Source: Candidatus Latescibacterota bacterium
GTDB lineage: Bacteria > Latescibacterota > UBA2968 > UBA8231
DNA length: 64,000 bases
Reading direction: 5' to 3'
Assembly (NCBI GenBank): GCA_965215195.1
Contig: CBDCDC010000002.1
Span: 416,001-480,000, forward strand
Under the pieces are notes generated by a model that did no database searches, was not told the DNA's origin, and saw only the letters and a list, made by a program, of their open reading frames with translations. A program made the translations under genes and the position numbers. Shown piece after piece: positions 48,544-58,138 of this stretch; the first letter of the stretch is position 1, and every line of letters begins with the position of its first letter.

Positions 48544-48641
48544 GCCCTATCAGCTATTAAGAAATAGCTGTAGGGCAGGAGGTGTTCACCGCTTCTCTGC
48601 GTCAGGGGCTCGGCGTAGGGTGCCGATCCCCTGCCTTTCTT
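48544..48641 (+). terminator. two hairpins after the peptide gene
   Basis: GCCCTA-T-CAGCTATT AAGA AATAGCTG-TAGGGC, and CAGGGG..CCCCTG + pyrimidine tract. Confidence 0.7.
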
Positions 48642-48657
48642 GTAAAGGACATCGGCC

Positions 48658-50826
48658 ATGTTACATCTCGTGCTTCTTCTAGGCATTGCGCTATGGAACC
48701 GTTCCGTCGAGGCGCTCACGTGGCATTTCGACGACGGGACGACGCAAGGATGGGCCGCCAAAGAAGCTGCTGCATGGGGTGGTTCGGCTGAAGTCAACCT
48801 GTTTCCGGGGCAGGTCCAAGACGGCGTGTGGACGATTGATGTGTCACCGTCCGTGGCCGGCAAGAAGTATCCCCAGCCGATTGTCCAAGTGATTTCGCCT
48901 ACCATCGGCTACGATTCGAGCTTGTTCGACCGGGTCCGAGTCCGGCTTCGCACCATCCATCATCGTCCTACGGTCGGTTCCTTTGGGCTATCTTGGACCA
49001 ATGAGCACAACCGCACGGCTCCAGGTCGAGATCCAGCCGATTTGTTTAGCAACCGGTTTTCGCTGATCGGACAAGCCGGCTTCGTCTATACCACCGAATG
49101 GCAGGAAGTGGAGGTAACGCTGCCCGTATCGGACGGAGAGGTCGCCCCGGGCGACCGGGAGGTCTGGGAGGGGCTTTTGAGGGATATTCGGCTGAGTTTT
49201 AGCTTGGATTGGGGCGAGCGCGATATGCCCCGGTCGGCGGCAGAGGTGGTCGGATGGTTGGAGATCGACTGGATCGAGTTGACCGGCGTGGAAGAGGTGT
49301 TAGCGGGGGAATTAGCCCCGCCGTCGGTTGAGTATTTCCGCTTTGAGGGGATCGGGCTTTTTGCCCCGCCGGTCTTCTCTCCTATTATGCCGGAGTTAGG
49401 GCACTTCTTGGTCTCAGGAGGGGATCGGGTTGGCGGCTTGACGGACTTGGATGAGGACGGCGATCTCGACCTGTTCTTCACGTGGAATGGTGTCCGCCAT
49501 GAATCGGCGAATCCCTTCGTAAGCGGCTGGGTCATGGCGCTCAATGATGGGCGAGGGGCCTTTGAAACGGTGCACACCGAGGAAAAGAGCGGAGAGGGGA
49601 TCCAGAATCTGCGCGTCGGCGATTTGACCGGCGATGGCCAAGACGAGATTGCGACTGAAGATAGAAAGAGTTGGGAGATAACGGTCTGGTCTATTGGGCC
49701 GGACCTCCAAATGGAGGTCCTCACGCAGATAAAGGGTCGCTGGCTGGTGGACATGGTGGATTGGGATGGCGACGGCATGGTCGAACTGTTTACAATAGAC
49801 TTTACGTTTACGGTGGAAGAAGGAGCGTTAGAGGTCTGGGAGGCAGGAGCGTTAGAGGTCTGGGAGGTCGAACAGGGGGTGTGGGCGGTCGCACAGGTGG
49901 CGGTGGCCGAAAACCATTGGCCCGCTCGGATAGGCGACTTTACCGGCGATGAGAAGTTGGACGTGCTGTGGGAACCGAGAGACCAGACGGGCACATGGAT
50001 GGTTGCACACTTGGGCGACGAGCCGGAGGCGGGCGACATCGTCTTTGAAGCCGAAGCCGATACGGCGGATATTCTTTTTTACCTTTTACAAGTGGGCGAT
50101 TTTGATGGCGATGGGCAGGTGGACCTGCTTACGCCGCTCGAACACACCCCTTGGGAACTGCTCAAGGGCCTTGCCGTACGAAGCAGCCGATTAGGGGGCG
50201 GTGTAGATGAGACAGTGCTTTATGATGAACGTTTGTTTCTGCGCTCGCCGGTAGTGGTGCGCGACCTGAACGGGGACGGGGTGGACGATTGGGCGTTTGT
50301 CGGCGGAGATCGCGCCTCGGGGATCGGGGTGTTTATCGAATGGGGTGGCGGCGCGCATCCGGCCAAGGCGGTGGAGCGGCATCGCTTGGACGGCGATGGA
50401 GTACAGGTGCTGCCGGGAGATATCGATGGCGACGGCGACCTCGACTTAGTCGTGTTAAATCCCCTCTTAGGCGGTGTGCAAGTGTTGAAGAGTTCGGTGG
50501 GCGAGCAGAGGACCGCGGTGCTGACAGCGGCGGTAGCGCGGCTGGTGCAGCATCGGCTCGGCGACAGCTATCCCAATCCGTTCAATCCGACGGTCGTGCT
50601 GCCCCTTGAGTTGGCGACGGACGCGACGGGGGTGTCGCTGGCCGTGTACGATGTGTTGGGTCGTCGGGTGCGGCAAGTGTGGCAAGGGCCGCTGCGGGCG
50701 GGGAGCCATCGGTTTGTGTGGGATGGCCGCGACGAAGAGGACAAGAGCGTGGCTGCCGGAGTGTACGTCTATCAGGTCGAAGTGGACGGACAGGTGGAAG
50801 CTAAAAAGACGACGAAGCTGCCGTGA
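48658..50826 (+). CDS. FG-GAP/VCBS + YPNPFN/FlgD CTD protein (copy 3, subtype B)
   Basis: Same architecture; internal 24-bp tandem duplication at 49821-49867. Confidence 0.85.
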   Translation: MLHLVLLLGIALWNRSVEALTWHFDDGTTQGWAAKEAAAWGGSAEVNLFPGQVQDGVWTIDVSPSVAGKKYPQPIVQVISPTIGYDSSLFDRVRVRLRTIHHRPTVGSFGLSWTNEHNRTAPGRDPADLFSNRFSLIGQAGFVYTTEWQEVEVTLPVSDGEVAPGDREVWEGLLRDIRLSFSLDWGERDMPRSAAEVVGWLEIDWIELTGVEEVLAGELAPPSVEYFRFEGIGLFAPPVFSPIMPELGHFLVSGGDRVGGLTDLDEDGDLDLFFTWNGVRHESANPFVSGWVMALNDGRGAFETVHTEEKSGEGIQNLRVGDLTGDGQDEIATEDRKSWEITVWSIGPDLQMEVLTQIKGRWLVDMVDWDGDGMVELFTIDFTFTVEEGALEVWEAGALEVWEVEQGVWAVAQVAVAENHWPARIGDFTGDEKLDVLWEPRDQTGTWMVAHLGDEPEAGDIVFEAEADTADILFYLLQVGDFDGDGQVDLLTPLEHTPWELLKGLAVRSSRLGGGVDETVLYDERLFLRSPVVVRDLNGDGVDDWAFVGGDRASGIGVFIEWGGGAHPAKAVERHRLDGDGVQVLPGDIDGDGDLDLVVLNPLLGGVQVLKSSVGEQRTAVLTAAVARLVQHRLGDSYPNPFNPTVVLPLELATDATGVSLAVYDVLGRRVRQVWQGPLRAGSHRFVWDGRDEEDKSVAAGVYVYQVEVDGQVEAKKTTKLP

Positions 50827-51006
50827 GGGATAAGTCCATTCCGTGGGATTCCACGGAAAATCATATGTTCCCTTGCAACGACGGATGAAGCAACGAAGAA
50901 TTGTTTCTGTACCATTTGAGCCAAGGGACCGATTGAAAACCGCTAGGCAGGGTCTCGGCGTGTGCAGCGTGCCGATCCCCTGCCTTTCTTGTAAAGGACA
51001 TCGGCC

Positions 51007-53199
51007 ATGTTATATCTCGCGCTTCTTCTAAGCACTGCGCTATGGAGCCGTTCCGCCGAGGCGATCAAGTGGGATTTTGACGACGGGACGACGCAGGGAT
51101 GGGGAGCCAAAAAATCTTTTAGGTCCGGGGGTGAGCATCAATTTTTCCCGTTGTCTGGGGTAGTCGAAGCGGGCGTGTGGCGGATCAATCTATTTCGCAT
51201 CGACGGTCTCAGTGAAGCAGGGGCCGACTTGATTTCTCCGACGATAGGCTCTGATTCGCACCTGTTCGACCGGGTGCGGGTGCGGTTCCGCTCGGTCCAT
51301 CATAGTCCTACGACCGGAGCCTTGTTCCTCCGATGGACCAATGAGCACAACCTCATGTTCCCGGGTAAGGACCCCCTACTGCAAAGGGGTCGGTTTTCTC
51401 TTCCCGCAAAGGGCTTCTATGGCGAGTGGGTATATACGACCGAATGGCAGGAATTCGAGTTTTCGTTGGTTGACATGGAGAAGAATTACTTTGGGTATTA
51501 TCCCTTATGGGAGGGTCTATTAGATGATATTCGACTGACGTTTGGCTTGGAGGATATGACCGCGTCTATGACCGACCGGCTAGCCTCGACGAAGGTGGCG
51601 GGCTTGGAAGTGGATTGGATTGAGTTGACCGGTGTGGAGGAGGTGTTACAGGGCGAATTACCTCGGCCGCCGGTGTTTGATGTTGGCTTTGCAGGGTCTA
51701 GGATTTTTGCGCCGCCAATATTCTATCCGATCGTGCCGGGATTAGGGTCATTTCGCCTCTTCGGCGACTCCCAAGAAGGTATTTTGACTGACTTAGATGA
51801 GGATGGAGACCTTGATCTGTTCTCATTCTGGTTAGGGGGGGGGGCGGAGGGCTGGGTCATGGCGTGCAACAACGGTGCGGGGGCTTTTGAAACGGTACGC
51901 GTCGAGCCGGAGGAGGATCTAACGCGACCGGAAGATCGTAGGGTGTGCGTCGGCGATGTGACGGGCGATGGCCGCGACGAAATGGTGATGAGTATCAAAA
52001 TGTGGGATCTCGGGGTTTGGTCTATGGGAGCAGAGTTCCAGATGGAGGCCCTCGTGCAGCGGTCCAATCGCCGGTTGGTGGATGTAGCCGATTGGGACGG
52101 CGATGGGCAGATGGAGGTATTTGCCCAACCGGTGGACGAGGACGACTCTTTTTTGGAGGTGTGGGACCTTGTCAACGGGGTATGGACGTTCGCCGAGTGG
52201 GCGGTGCCCGATCCGGCTTCCGGGTTGTCGTGGGCACATCAAATCGGCGATTTTACGGGCGATGGGGGGCTGGACGTGCTGTGGGGGCCGGAGGTTTTTG
52301 TGGGGGGGAGGGAATTTTTTGAACAAGCGATCTCATTTAGAGTGGGGGTCTTAGGGGCTGATCCTGCGCAGGGGGTGCTGTTTGAAGAGGTCATCCCGTT
52401 TTCTCTCCTCGCGGGTCGAGCCGGCGATTTTGATGGCGATGGGCAGGTGGACTTACTCGCGGGCTTCCGGGAGGACCGCTCTGAGCAGCGCAAGGGCCTA
52501 GCCGTGTGGAGCAGCCTCTCTGATGGATTAAAACAAGAGGCGATCTATGATGCGTCTCTGTTTCTACGCTCGTCAGTGGTGGTGTGCGACCTGAATGGCG
52601 ATGGGGTGGATGATTGGGTGTTTGTCGGCGGGGACTATGCGTTGGGTTTTGGCGTGTTCGTCGAATGGGGTGGCGGCTTGCATCCGTCCAAATCGGTGGA
52701 ATGGCATCGCTTGTCTGGTGAGGGAGTGGACGTGGGAGCAGGGGAGGTGGCGACGGGCTTAGAGGGGAATGGCGTCAGGGTGCTTCCTGGGGATGTGGAT
52801 GGCGACGGGGATGTCGATTTGGTGGTGTTGGATCGGGCATTAGGGGGCGTACATGTGCTCAAGAGTTCGGTGAGTGAGCAGCCGACCGCCGTGATGACAG
52901 CGGCGGCAGCGCGGCCAGCGCAACATCGGCTCGGCGACAGCTATCCCAATCCGTTCAATCCGGCTGTAGTGATCCCCCTCGACTTGGCGACGGACGCGGT
53001 GGAGGTGTCGCTGACGGTGTACGATGTGTTGGGTCGTCGGGTGCGGCAGGTGTGGCAAGGGCCGCTGGGGGCGGGGAGTCATCGGTTTGGGTGGGATGGC
53101 CGCGGTGAGGCGGGCAAGGCGGTGGCCGCTGGCGTGTACGTCTATCAGGTCGAAATCGACGGGCGAGTGGAAGCGAAAAAGACGACCAAGCTGCCGTGA
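51007..53199 (+). CDS. FG-GAP/VCBS + YPNPFN/FlgD CTD protein (copy 4, subtype A)
   Basis: Body closest to copy 1; leader hairpin, RBS and signal peptide closest to copy 3. Confidence 0.85.
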   Translation: MLYLALLLSTALWSRSAEAIKWDFDDGTTQGWGAKKSFRSGGEHQFFPLSGVVEAGVWRINLFRIDGLSEAGADLISPTIGSDSHLFDRVRVRFRSVHHSPTTGALFLRWTNEHNLMFPGKDPLLQRGRFSLPAKGFYGEWVYTTEWQEFEFSLVDMEKNYFGYYPLWEGLLDDIRLTFGLEDMTASMTDRLASTKVAGLEVDWIELTGVEEVLQGELPRPPVFDVGFAGSRIFAPPIFYPIVPGLGSFRLFGDSQEGILTDLDEDGDLDLFSFWLGGGAEGWVMACNNGAGAFETVRVEPEEDLTRPEDRRVCVGDVTGDGRDEMVMSIKMWDLGVWSMGAEFQMEALVQRSNRRLVDVADWDGDGQMEVFAQPVDEDDSFLEVWDLVNGVWTFAEWAVPDPASGLSWAHQIGDFTGDGGLDVLWGPEVFVGGREFFEQAISFRVGVLGADPAQGVLFEEVIPFSLLAGRAGDFDGDGQVDLLAGFREDRSEQRKGLAVWSSLSDGLKQEAIYDASLFLRSSVVVCDLNGDGVDDWVFVGGDYALGFGVFVEWGGGLHPSKSVEWHRLSGEGVDVGAGEVATGLEGNGVRVLPGDVDGDGDVDLVVLDRALGGVHVLKSSVSEQPTAVMTAAAARPAQHRLGDSYPNPFNPAVVIPLDLATDAVEVSLTVYDVLGRRVRQVWQGPLGAGSHRFGWDGRGEAGKAVAAGVYVYQVEIDGRVEAKKTTKLP

Positions 53200-53254
53200 G
53201 GCATGGGGCTATCGAGCGGCCTTGGGACGGGTGTCGGCATGGGGCCGAGCGCAT

Positions 53255-54070
53255 TCATCCTACGGGAGAGCCGGTTCCACTGCTGCGGTGACGCAGCCAT
53301 TCCACTGTAAACAGAACCAAGACGGCAAACGCGATGAGAAAGGTCGCCACCGCTAGGATGGTGGGGCTGATTTGCTCGCGGATGCCCGCCCACATCTGTC
53401 GCGGAATAGTCCGCTGCTCCAAGCCGCCCATGAACAGCACCACCACGACCTCGTCGAAGGACGCGGCAAAGGCGAATAACCCGCCAGACGCCACCCCAGG
53501 TGCGATGAGCGGCAACTGCACGCGCCAGAAGCTGTGCAGCGGACCCGCGCCGAGGCTGGCGGCAGCCCGCATCAAGTTCCGGTCGAAGCCCGACAACGTG
53601 GCGGTTACGGTAATCACCACAAACGGGACCCCGAGCACGGCGTGGGCGAGGATTATGCCGAGGTGGGTCTGCGCCAAGCCGAGGCTGGAGTAAAAGAAGA
53701 ACATCCCCACCGCGGCGATGACGACCGGCGTGATCAGCGGCGAGATCAACAGCCCCATCACAGCCCTCCGAGCGGGCATGGCCGAATTCGCCAGTCCGAG
53801 GGCCGCGAGGGTGCCAAGCGAGGTCGCGAGCAGGGTCGCCGAGACGCCGATGACCAAGCTGTTGACCAAGGCGCGAGTCCATGCGCCGTCTGCGATGATG
53901 CTGCGATACCAACGCAGTGAATACGCCTCCGGGTCGAGGCGCAGCATGCCCTCGGTAAACGTGAAATACGGCTCGGCGTTGAAGCTGAGTGGCACGATCA
54001 CCAAAATCGGCGCGACCAAGAAGACAAACGCCGCCGTGCAGAACGCGAGATAGACCCACCGCCCAAACAT
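53255..54070 (-). CDS. polyamine-type ABC permease (PotC-like)
   Basis: SLRWY, SPLITPVVI, RAAASLGA, SFDEVVV. Confidence 0.9.
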   Translation of the reverse strand: MFGRWVYLAFCTAAFVFLVAPILVIVPLSFNAEPYFTFTEGMLRLDPEAYSLRWYRSIIADGAWTRALVNSLVIGVSATLLATSLGTLAALGLANSAMPARRAVMGLLISPLITPVVIAAVGMFFFYSSLGLAQTHLGIILAHAVLGVPFVVITVTATLSGFDRNLMRAAASLGAGPLHSFWRVQLPLIAPGVASGGLFAFAASFDEVVVVLFMGGLEQRTIPRQMWAGIREQISPTILAVATFLIAFAVLVLFTVEWLRHRSSGTGSPVG

Positions 54071-55275
54071 CAGCCCAACCTCATGCGGTCGATGCCCACC
54101 ACGCGGTCGTAGAGCACGTACAGGGCGATGACGCCTACTAGCAGGATGACGGCGAGCGCGGCCGCGAGTCCCCAGTTGAGCGAGGTCTGCATGTGATAGG
54201 CGATCATGTTGGAGATGAGCTGACCCTTGCTCCCGCCGACCAGCGCCGGCGTGATGTAGTAGCCAATGGCGAGGATGAACACCATCAGCAATCCAGCACC
54301 GACCCCGGGCAAGGTCTGCGGCCAATAGACGCGCCAGAACGCCTGAAAGGGAGTCGCGCCGAGGGAGGCCGCGGCCCGGACGTGCGAAGGCGGAATCGAG
54401 CGCATCACCGAGTACAGCGGCAGCACCATGAAGGGCAGTAGGACGTGGGTCATGGCCACAAATGTGCCGGTCATGTTGTATATCATGGCGATGCGACCGT
54501 CGTCTGCGACCAGTCCGAGTGCCACCAGCAAGTTGTTGACGACGCCTTGGGTCTGGAGCAGCACGATCCAAGCTGTCGTCCGCACCAGCAGGGACGTCCA
54601 GAACGGCACCAACACCAGCAACAACAGCAGGTTGGCGCGGCGCGGCGGCGCGTGGGCGATCAGGTGGGCAATCGGGTAGCCAATGGCCAAGCACAGCGCG
54701 GAAATGCCAGCGCCAACGGCCAGCGTGCGCCACAAAAGCGGCAGGTAGATGCGGCGCTCCTGCGGCTGCCGGGCGATGCGGCCATCGGGTTGATGCACCA
54801 AATCGAGAGCATTGATATAGTGGCGAGACGTGAACCGCTCCCCAGCGCTGCGAAGCGCCAGCCACACCTCCGGCTCGCCCCAAGCGGCGTCGATGCCGAC
54901 CATGGTCTCGCGCCAAGAGTCGCCGCTGGCGTTGCGCAGCTTGCGCACACTGCGCGTGACAACGCTGCGCAAGCCGCTCTTGATGCGGTTGACGCGCGTG
55001 GCAATTTGGCCGAGGGTGCGCTCTTCCCGCGCCCGCAACAACTCGCGTCCGGCCGCGGCATACACAGGCTCCTGCGGGGCGCTGGTCCCGTCCCATGCTC
55101 GCAATAGAGCGAGCGTTTCCGGCAACGCATCCGCGACTAGGGGGTCGTACGCGCTGCGCACGAGCAACGCGCCGAGCGGCGCGACAAAGGTCGCTAAGAC
55201 AAAGGCAATCAGGGGCAGGGCCAGCCCGGCCGCCCACCACCGCTGCCGCGCCTGTGCTCGTACTTGGTCAACCAC
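54070..55275 (-). CDS. polyamine-type ABC permease (PotB-like)
   Basis: VPFWTSLLVRT, HVLLPFMVLPLY, GYYITPALVGG. Confidence 0.9.
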   Translation of the reverse strand: MVDQVRAQARQRWWAAGLALPLIAFVLATFVAPLGALLVRSAYDPLVADALPETLALLRAWDGTSAPQEPVYAAAGRELLRAREERTLGQIATRVNRIKSGLRSVVTRSVRKLRNASGDSWRETMVGIDAAWGEPEVWLALRSAGERFTSRHYINALDLVHQPDGRIARQPQERRIYLPLLWRTLAVGAGISALCLAIGYPIAHLIAHAPPRRANLLLLLVLVPFWTSLLVRTTAWIVLLQTQGVVNNLLVALGLVADDGRIAMIYNMTGTFVAMTHVLLPFMVLPLYSVMRSIPPSHVRAAASLGATPFQAFWRVYWPQTLPGVGAGLLMVFILAIGYYITPALVGGSKGQLISNMIAYHMQTSLNWGLAAALAVILLVGVIALYVLYDRVVGIDRMRLG

Positions 55276-55282
55276 CTGCTGG

Positions 55283-56416
55283 TCAGTCCTCCCCGTCGTC
55301 CGCCGCGTCGGGTTGCAGGGCGCGGCAGTCCAGCACGGTCCAGCCGACGCGGACGTGATCTCCCTCCAATACGCCCCCTTGGCCCACGATGTTGGGAATC
55401 TTGACGCTGAAGCCCGAGTGCCCGCACAGCTTTAGGCGCAGGCGCAAGTGGTCGCCGAGAAACACTATGTCCTCGATAGCGGCGTCAAACTCGTTGGCGT
55501 ACGAGTGCCCGTCCTCGCTCGGCGAGAGCTTCACCCGCTCCGGGCGAATGACGACGGTCGCCGCCGCCCCTTGCGGGCATTGCCCCAAGCTCACGGCCTT
55601 GATGCGCGCATCGCCGACCTCCACTTCGCACACGCCGTCGCCGACTGTGCGCACCACCCCGTTTAGGCGGTTGTTCTCGCCGATGAAATGGGCCACGAAA
55701 GCGCGCTCCGGCTCTTCGTAGAGCACCTCCGGGGACGCGACCTGCTCGATCGCGCCGCCGCGAAACACGGCGACCCGATCCGACATGACCATGGCCTCCT
55801 GCTGATCGTGCGTGACATAGACGACGGTTAGGCCCAAGGTGCGCTGAATGCGGCGGATTTCGTATTGCATTTCCTCGCGCAGGCGTCGGTCGAGCGCACC
55901 GAGGGGCTCGTCCATCAACACGAGCTCCGGGTCAAAGACCAAAGCGCGGGCGATCGCAACGCGCTGCTGCTGGCCACCAGATAGCTGCCCTGGGCGGCGA
56001 TCCTCCAAGCCTTCGAGGCGCACGAGGCGCAGGGTGCGGGCCACCCGCTCCCGCCGCTCGCTTGGGTCGAGGCCGCGCACTTCGAGTGGAAACGCCAAAT
56101 TGCCGCCGACCGTCATGTGCGGAAAGAGCGCGTAGTTTTGAAACACGACGCCGATGTCGCGCTTGTGGGGGGGCAAATCGCCGACCGATACGCCGTGGAT
56201 GTGGATGGTACCAGAAGCTGGAGTCTCAAACCCAGCGAGCATCATCAAGCAGGTCGTCTTGCCCGAGCCAGACGGCCCGAGCATGGTTAGAAATTCGCCC
56301 TTGCGCACGGCGAGGTCGAGGTCGCGCACGACCCAGTTGCGGCCGTCGTAGCTTTTGCTGACGCCGGAGAATTCGACGTGGGGGGTGCTCGTGCGGTTGG
56401 CGTCTGGGCTCACCAC
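55283..56416 (-). CDS. polyamine-type ABC ATPase (PotA-like)
   Basis: GPSGSGKT, LSGGQQQR, MDEPLGALD, TOBE-like C-terminus. Confidence 0.93.
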   Translation of the reverse strand: MVSPDANRTSTPHVEFSGVSKSYDGRNWVVRDLDLAVRKGEFLTMLGPSGSGKTTCLMMLAGFETPASGTIHIHGVSVGDLPPHKRDIGVVFQNYALFPHMTVGGNLAFPLEVRGLDPSERRERVARTLRLVRLEGLEDRRPGQLSGGQQQRVAIARALVFDPELVLMDEPLGALDRRLREEMQYEIRRIQRTLGLTVVYVTHDQQEAMVMSDRVAVFRGGAIEQVASPEVLYEEPERAFVAHFIGENNRLNGVVRTVGDGVCEVEVGDARIKAVSLGQCPQGAAATVVIRPERVKLSPSEDGHSYANEFDAAIEDIVFLGDHLRLRLKLCGHSGFSVKIPNIVGQGGVLEGDHVRVGWTVLDCRALQPDAADDGED

Positions 56417-58051
56417 TCACCAACCGAGGGCATAGCCATCGCGGCGCGGGTCGGCGCCGCCCATAAAGGAACCGGTGTCGGCATCGACCATGATGCCTTG
56501 GCCGCCGCCCACCCCGGGCGACCAGTCGCCGAGAAAATTGAACTGGTGGCCGCGGCGCTCCAGCTCGGCAAATACCTCGCGGTCAATGCGGTTTTCAGCA
56601 TTGACGACAAAGCCGGGGGTCCCGGTCTTGACGCGAGGGGCCTCAATGGCGGCTTGGATATTCATCTGGTGATCGAGGATGTTCATAATCATCTGCGGGG
56701 TCGTCTGGAGGATGCCATAGCTCCCCGGGGTGCCGATGAGTAGGCGCAGGCCATCGGCGTCCCAAACTTGGGCCGGCGAGACGCACATCTCGTTTTTCTT
56801 GGCCGGGCCAATGGCATTGGGGCTGGTAGGCTCGCGGTCGAACCAGCGCATGAAGTTGTTGAGGGCAATGCCGGTCTCCGGCACCACCATGGACGAACCA
56901 AAGGCGCCGCCCAAGCTCTGGGTGCAGGCGACGGCGTTGCCCTCGGCGTCGATGGTGTCGAAGTGGGTCGTGCATTCGCTCATCCACGCCTGCGGGTCGC
57001 CCGCTTTGACCTCCCCGACCGGGCCGCCGGGCACGAGGTGCTCGCCCGCTGTAAACTGGGCCTTGTCGCCGATGAGCGTGCGCCGCTCGGCTGCGTATCC
57101 CTTCGCGAGCAGGCCCGCTGTCGGTGGGTTGTCGATGGCCGCGTAGGCAATGCGGTCGGCCATGGCCAGCTTGGCAGCCTCGATAAAGCGATGCAAGGTC
57201 GGGGCGGTGTTGTGACCGAGGCCGGCCACGTCAAAGCCCTCCATGATGGCCAGCGTCTCCAAGTACTGGACAGCTTGGCAGGGCGGCGGCGGCGCAAAGA
57301 CCTCGTAGCCGCGATAGTTGATGGAGATCGGGTCGGCGAAGGCCGGGGCAAAGTCGGCGAGGTCTTCTTGGGTAATTAGGCCGCCGGTCGCCTCCATATA
57401 GCGAACGATGCGGTCGGCAATCGCGCCCTTGTAAAAGGCATCCGCGCCCTCGGCAGCGACTTGGCGGAAGGTCTCGGCGAGGGCCTTTTGCACCACCACT
57501 TCGCCAGGCTCGGGGGCCGCGCCATCAAGTAGGTAGATGTCGGCACCAGTCTTGAAGCGGCGCAGGCTCGCGGCCGCCCCTGCGTAGAAATAGGCGTTCT
57601 TGACCGTGAGGGCGTAGCCTTGCTCGGCGTACTCAATGGCCGGAGCGAAGACGCGGGCGGCGTCCATCGAGCCGTAGCGCTCCAGCGCGGCCAGCCAGCC
57701 GCCGCAAGCCCCAGGCACTAGCGGCGAGATAGGGCCGTGCCCCTGTTTGTCGCTGCTGTCGTACAAGCCTAGGGTGGCCGCCCGCGGGGTGAGGCCGACG
57801 TAGTCGACGATCTTGTGCTCTTGGGCGCGGGCGCTGTAGATGTGCAGATAGCCGACGCCGCCAATGCCCGACATATACGGCTCGACCACGTTGAGCGCCG
57901 CGGCCGTGGCAATGGCCGCGTCAATGGCATTGCCGCCCTCCATCAGGATGCGCATGCCGGCGAGAGAAGCGAGGGGATGGGCTGAGGCGATCATGCCGCG
58001 GCGGCCCGTGGCAGTGCTGCGGTGGGTGGTGCCTTTGGCAGAAAAGGCCAT
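56417..58051 (-). CDS. ggt: gamma-glutamyltransferase family protein
   Basis: GGNAIDAAIA, VVEPYMSGIGG, TTH nucleophile, GTPG, ADPRRDG. Confidence 0.9.
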   Translation of the reverse strand: MAFSAKGTTHRSTATGRRGMIASAHPLASLAGMRILMEGGNAIDAAIATAAALNVVEPYMSGIGGVGYLHIYSARAQEHKIVDYVGLTPRAATLGLYDSSDKQGHGPISPLVPGACGGWLAALERYGSMDAARVFAPAIEYAEQGYALTVKNAYFYAGAAASLRRFKTGADIYLLDGAAPEPGEVVVQKALAETFRQVAAEGADAFYKGAIADRIVRYMEATGGLITQEDLADFAPAFADPISINYRGYEVFAPPPPCQAVQYLETLAIMEGFDVAGLGHNTAPTLHRFIEAAKLAMADRIAYAAIDNPPTAGLLAKGYAAERRTLIGDKAQFTAGEHLVPGGPVGEVKAGDPQAWMSECTTHFDTIDAEGNAVACTQSLGGAFGSSMVVPETGIALNNFMRWFDREPTSPNAIGPAKKNEMCVSPAQVWDADGLRLLIGTPGSYGILQTTPQMIMNILDHQMNIQAAIEAPRVKTGTPGFVVNAENRIDREVFAELERRGHQFNFLGDWSPGVGGGQGIMVDADTGSFMGGADPRRDGYALGW

Positions 58052-58138
58052 TGGACGCAACTCCTTGCTATTTGTAAATTTGGCGACCGCCTAAAATAGG
58101 GCGAGTAACGTACAGCGTCAATCGAGGAGGCTACCTAT

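Noticed and set aside
50839-50858. Perfect inverted repeat TTCCGTGG-GATT-CCACGGAA
   Set aside because: Single occurrence with no T-tract; cannot tell an operator from a chance hairpin.
43243-53199. Diversity-generating retroelement
   Set aside because: No reverse transcriptase in the window. Paralog differences, including the 43141 relic, are not adenine-specific.
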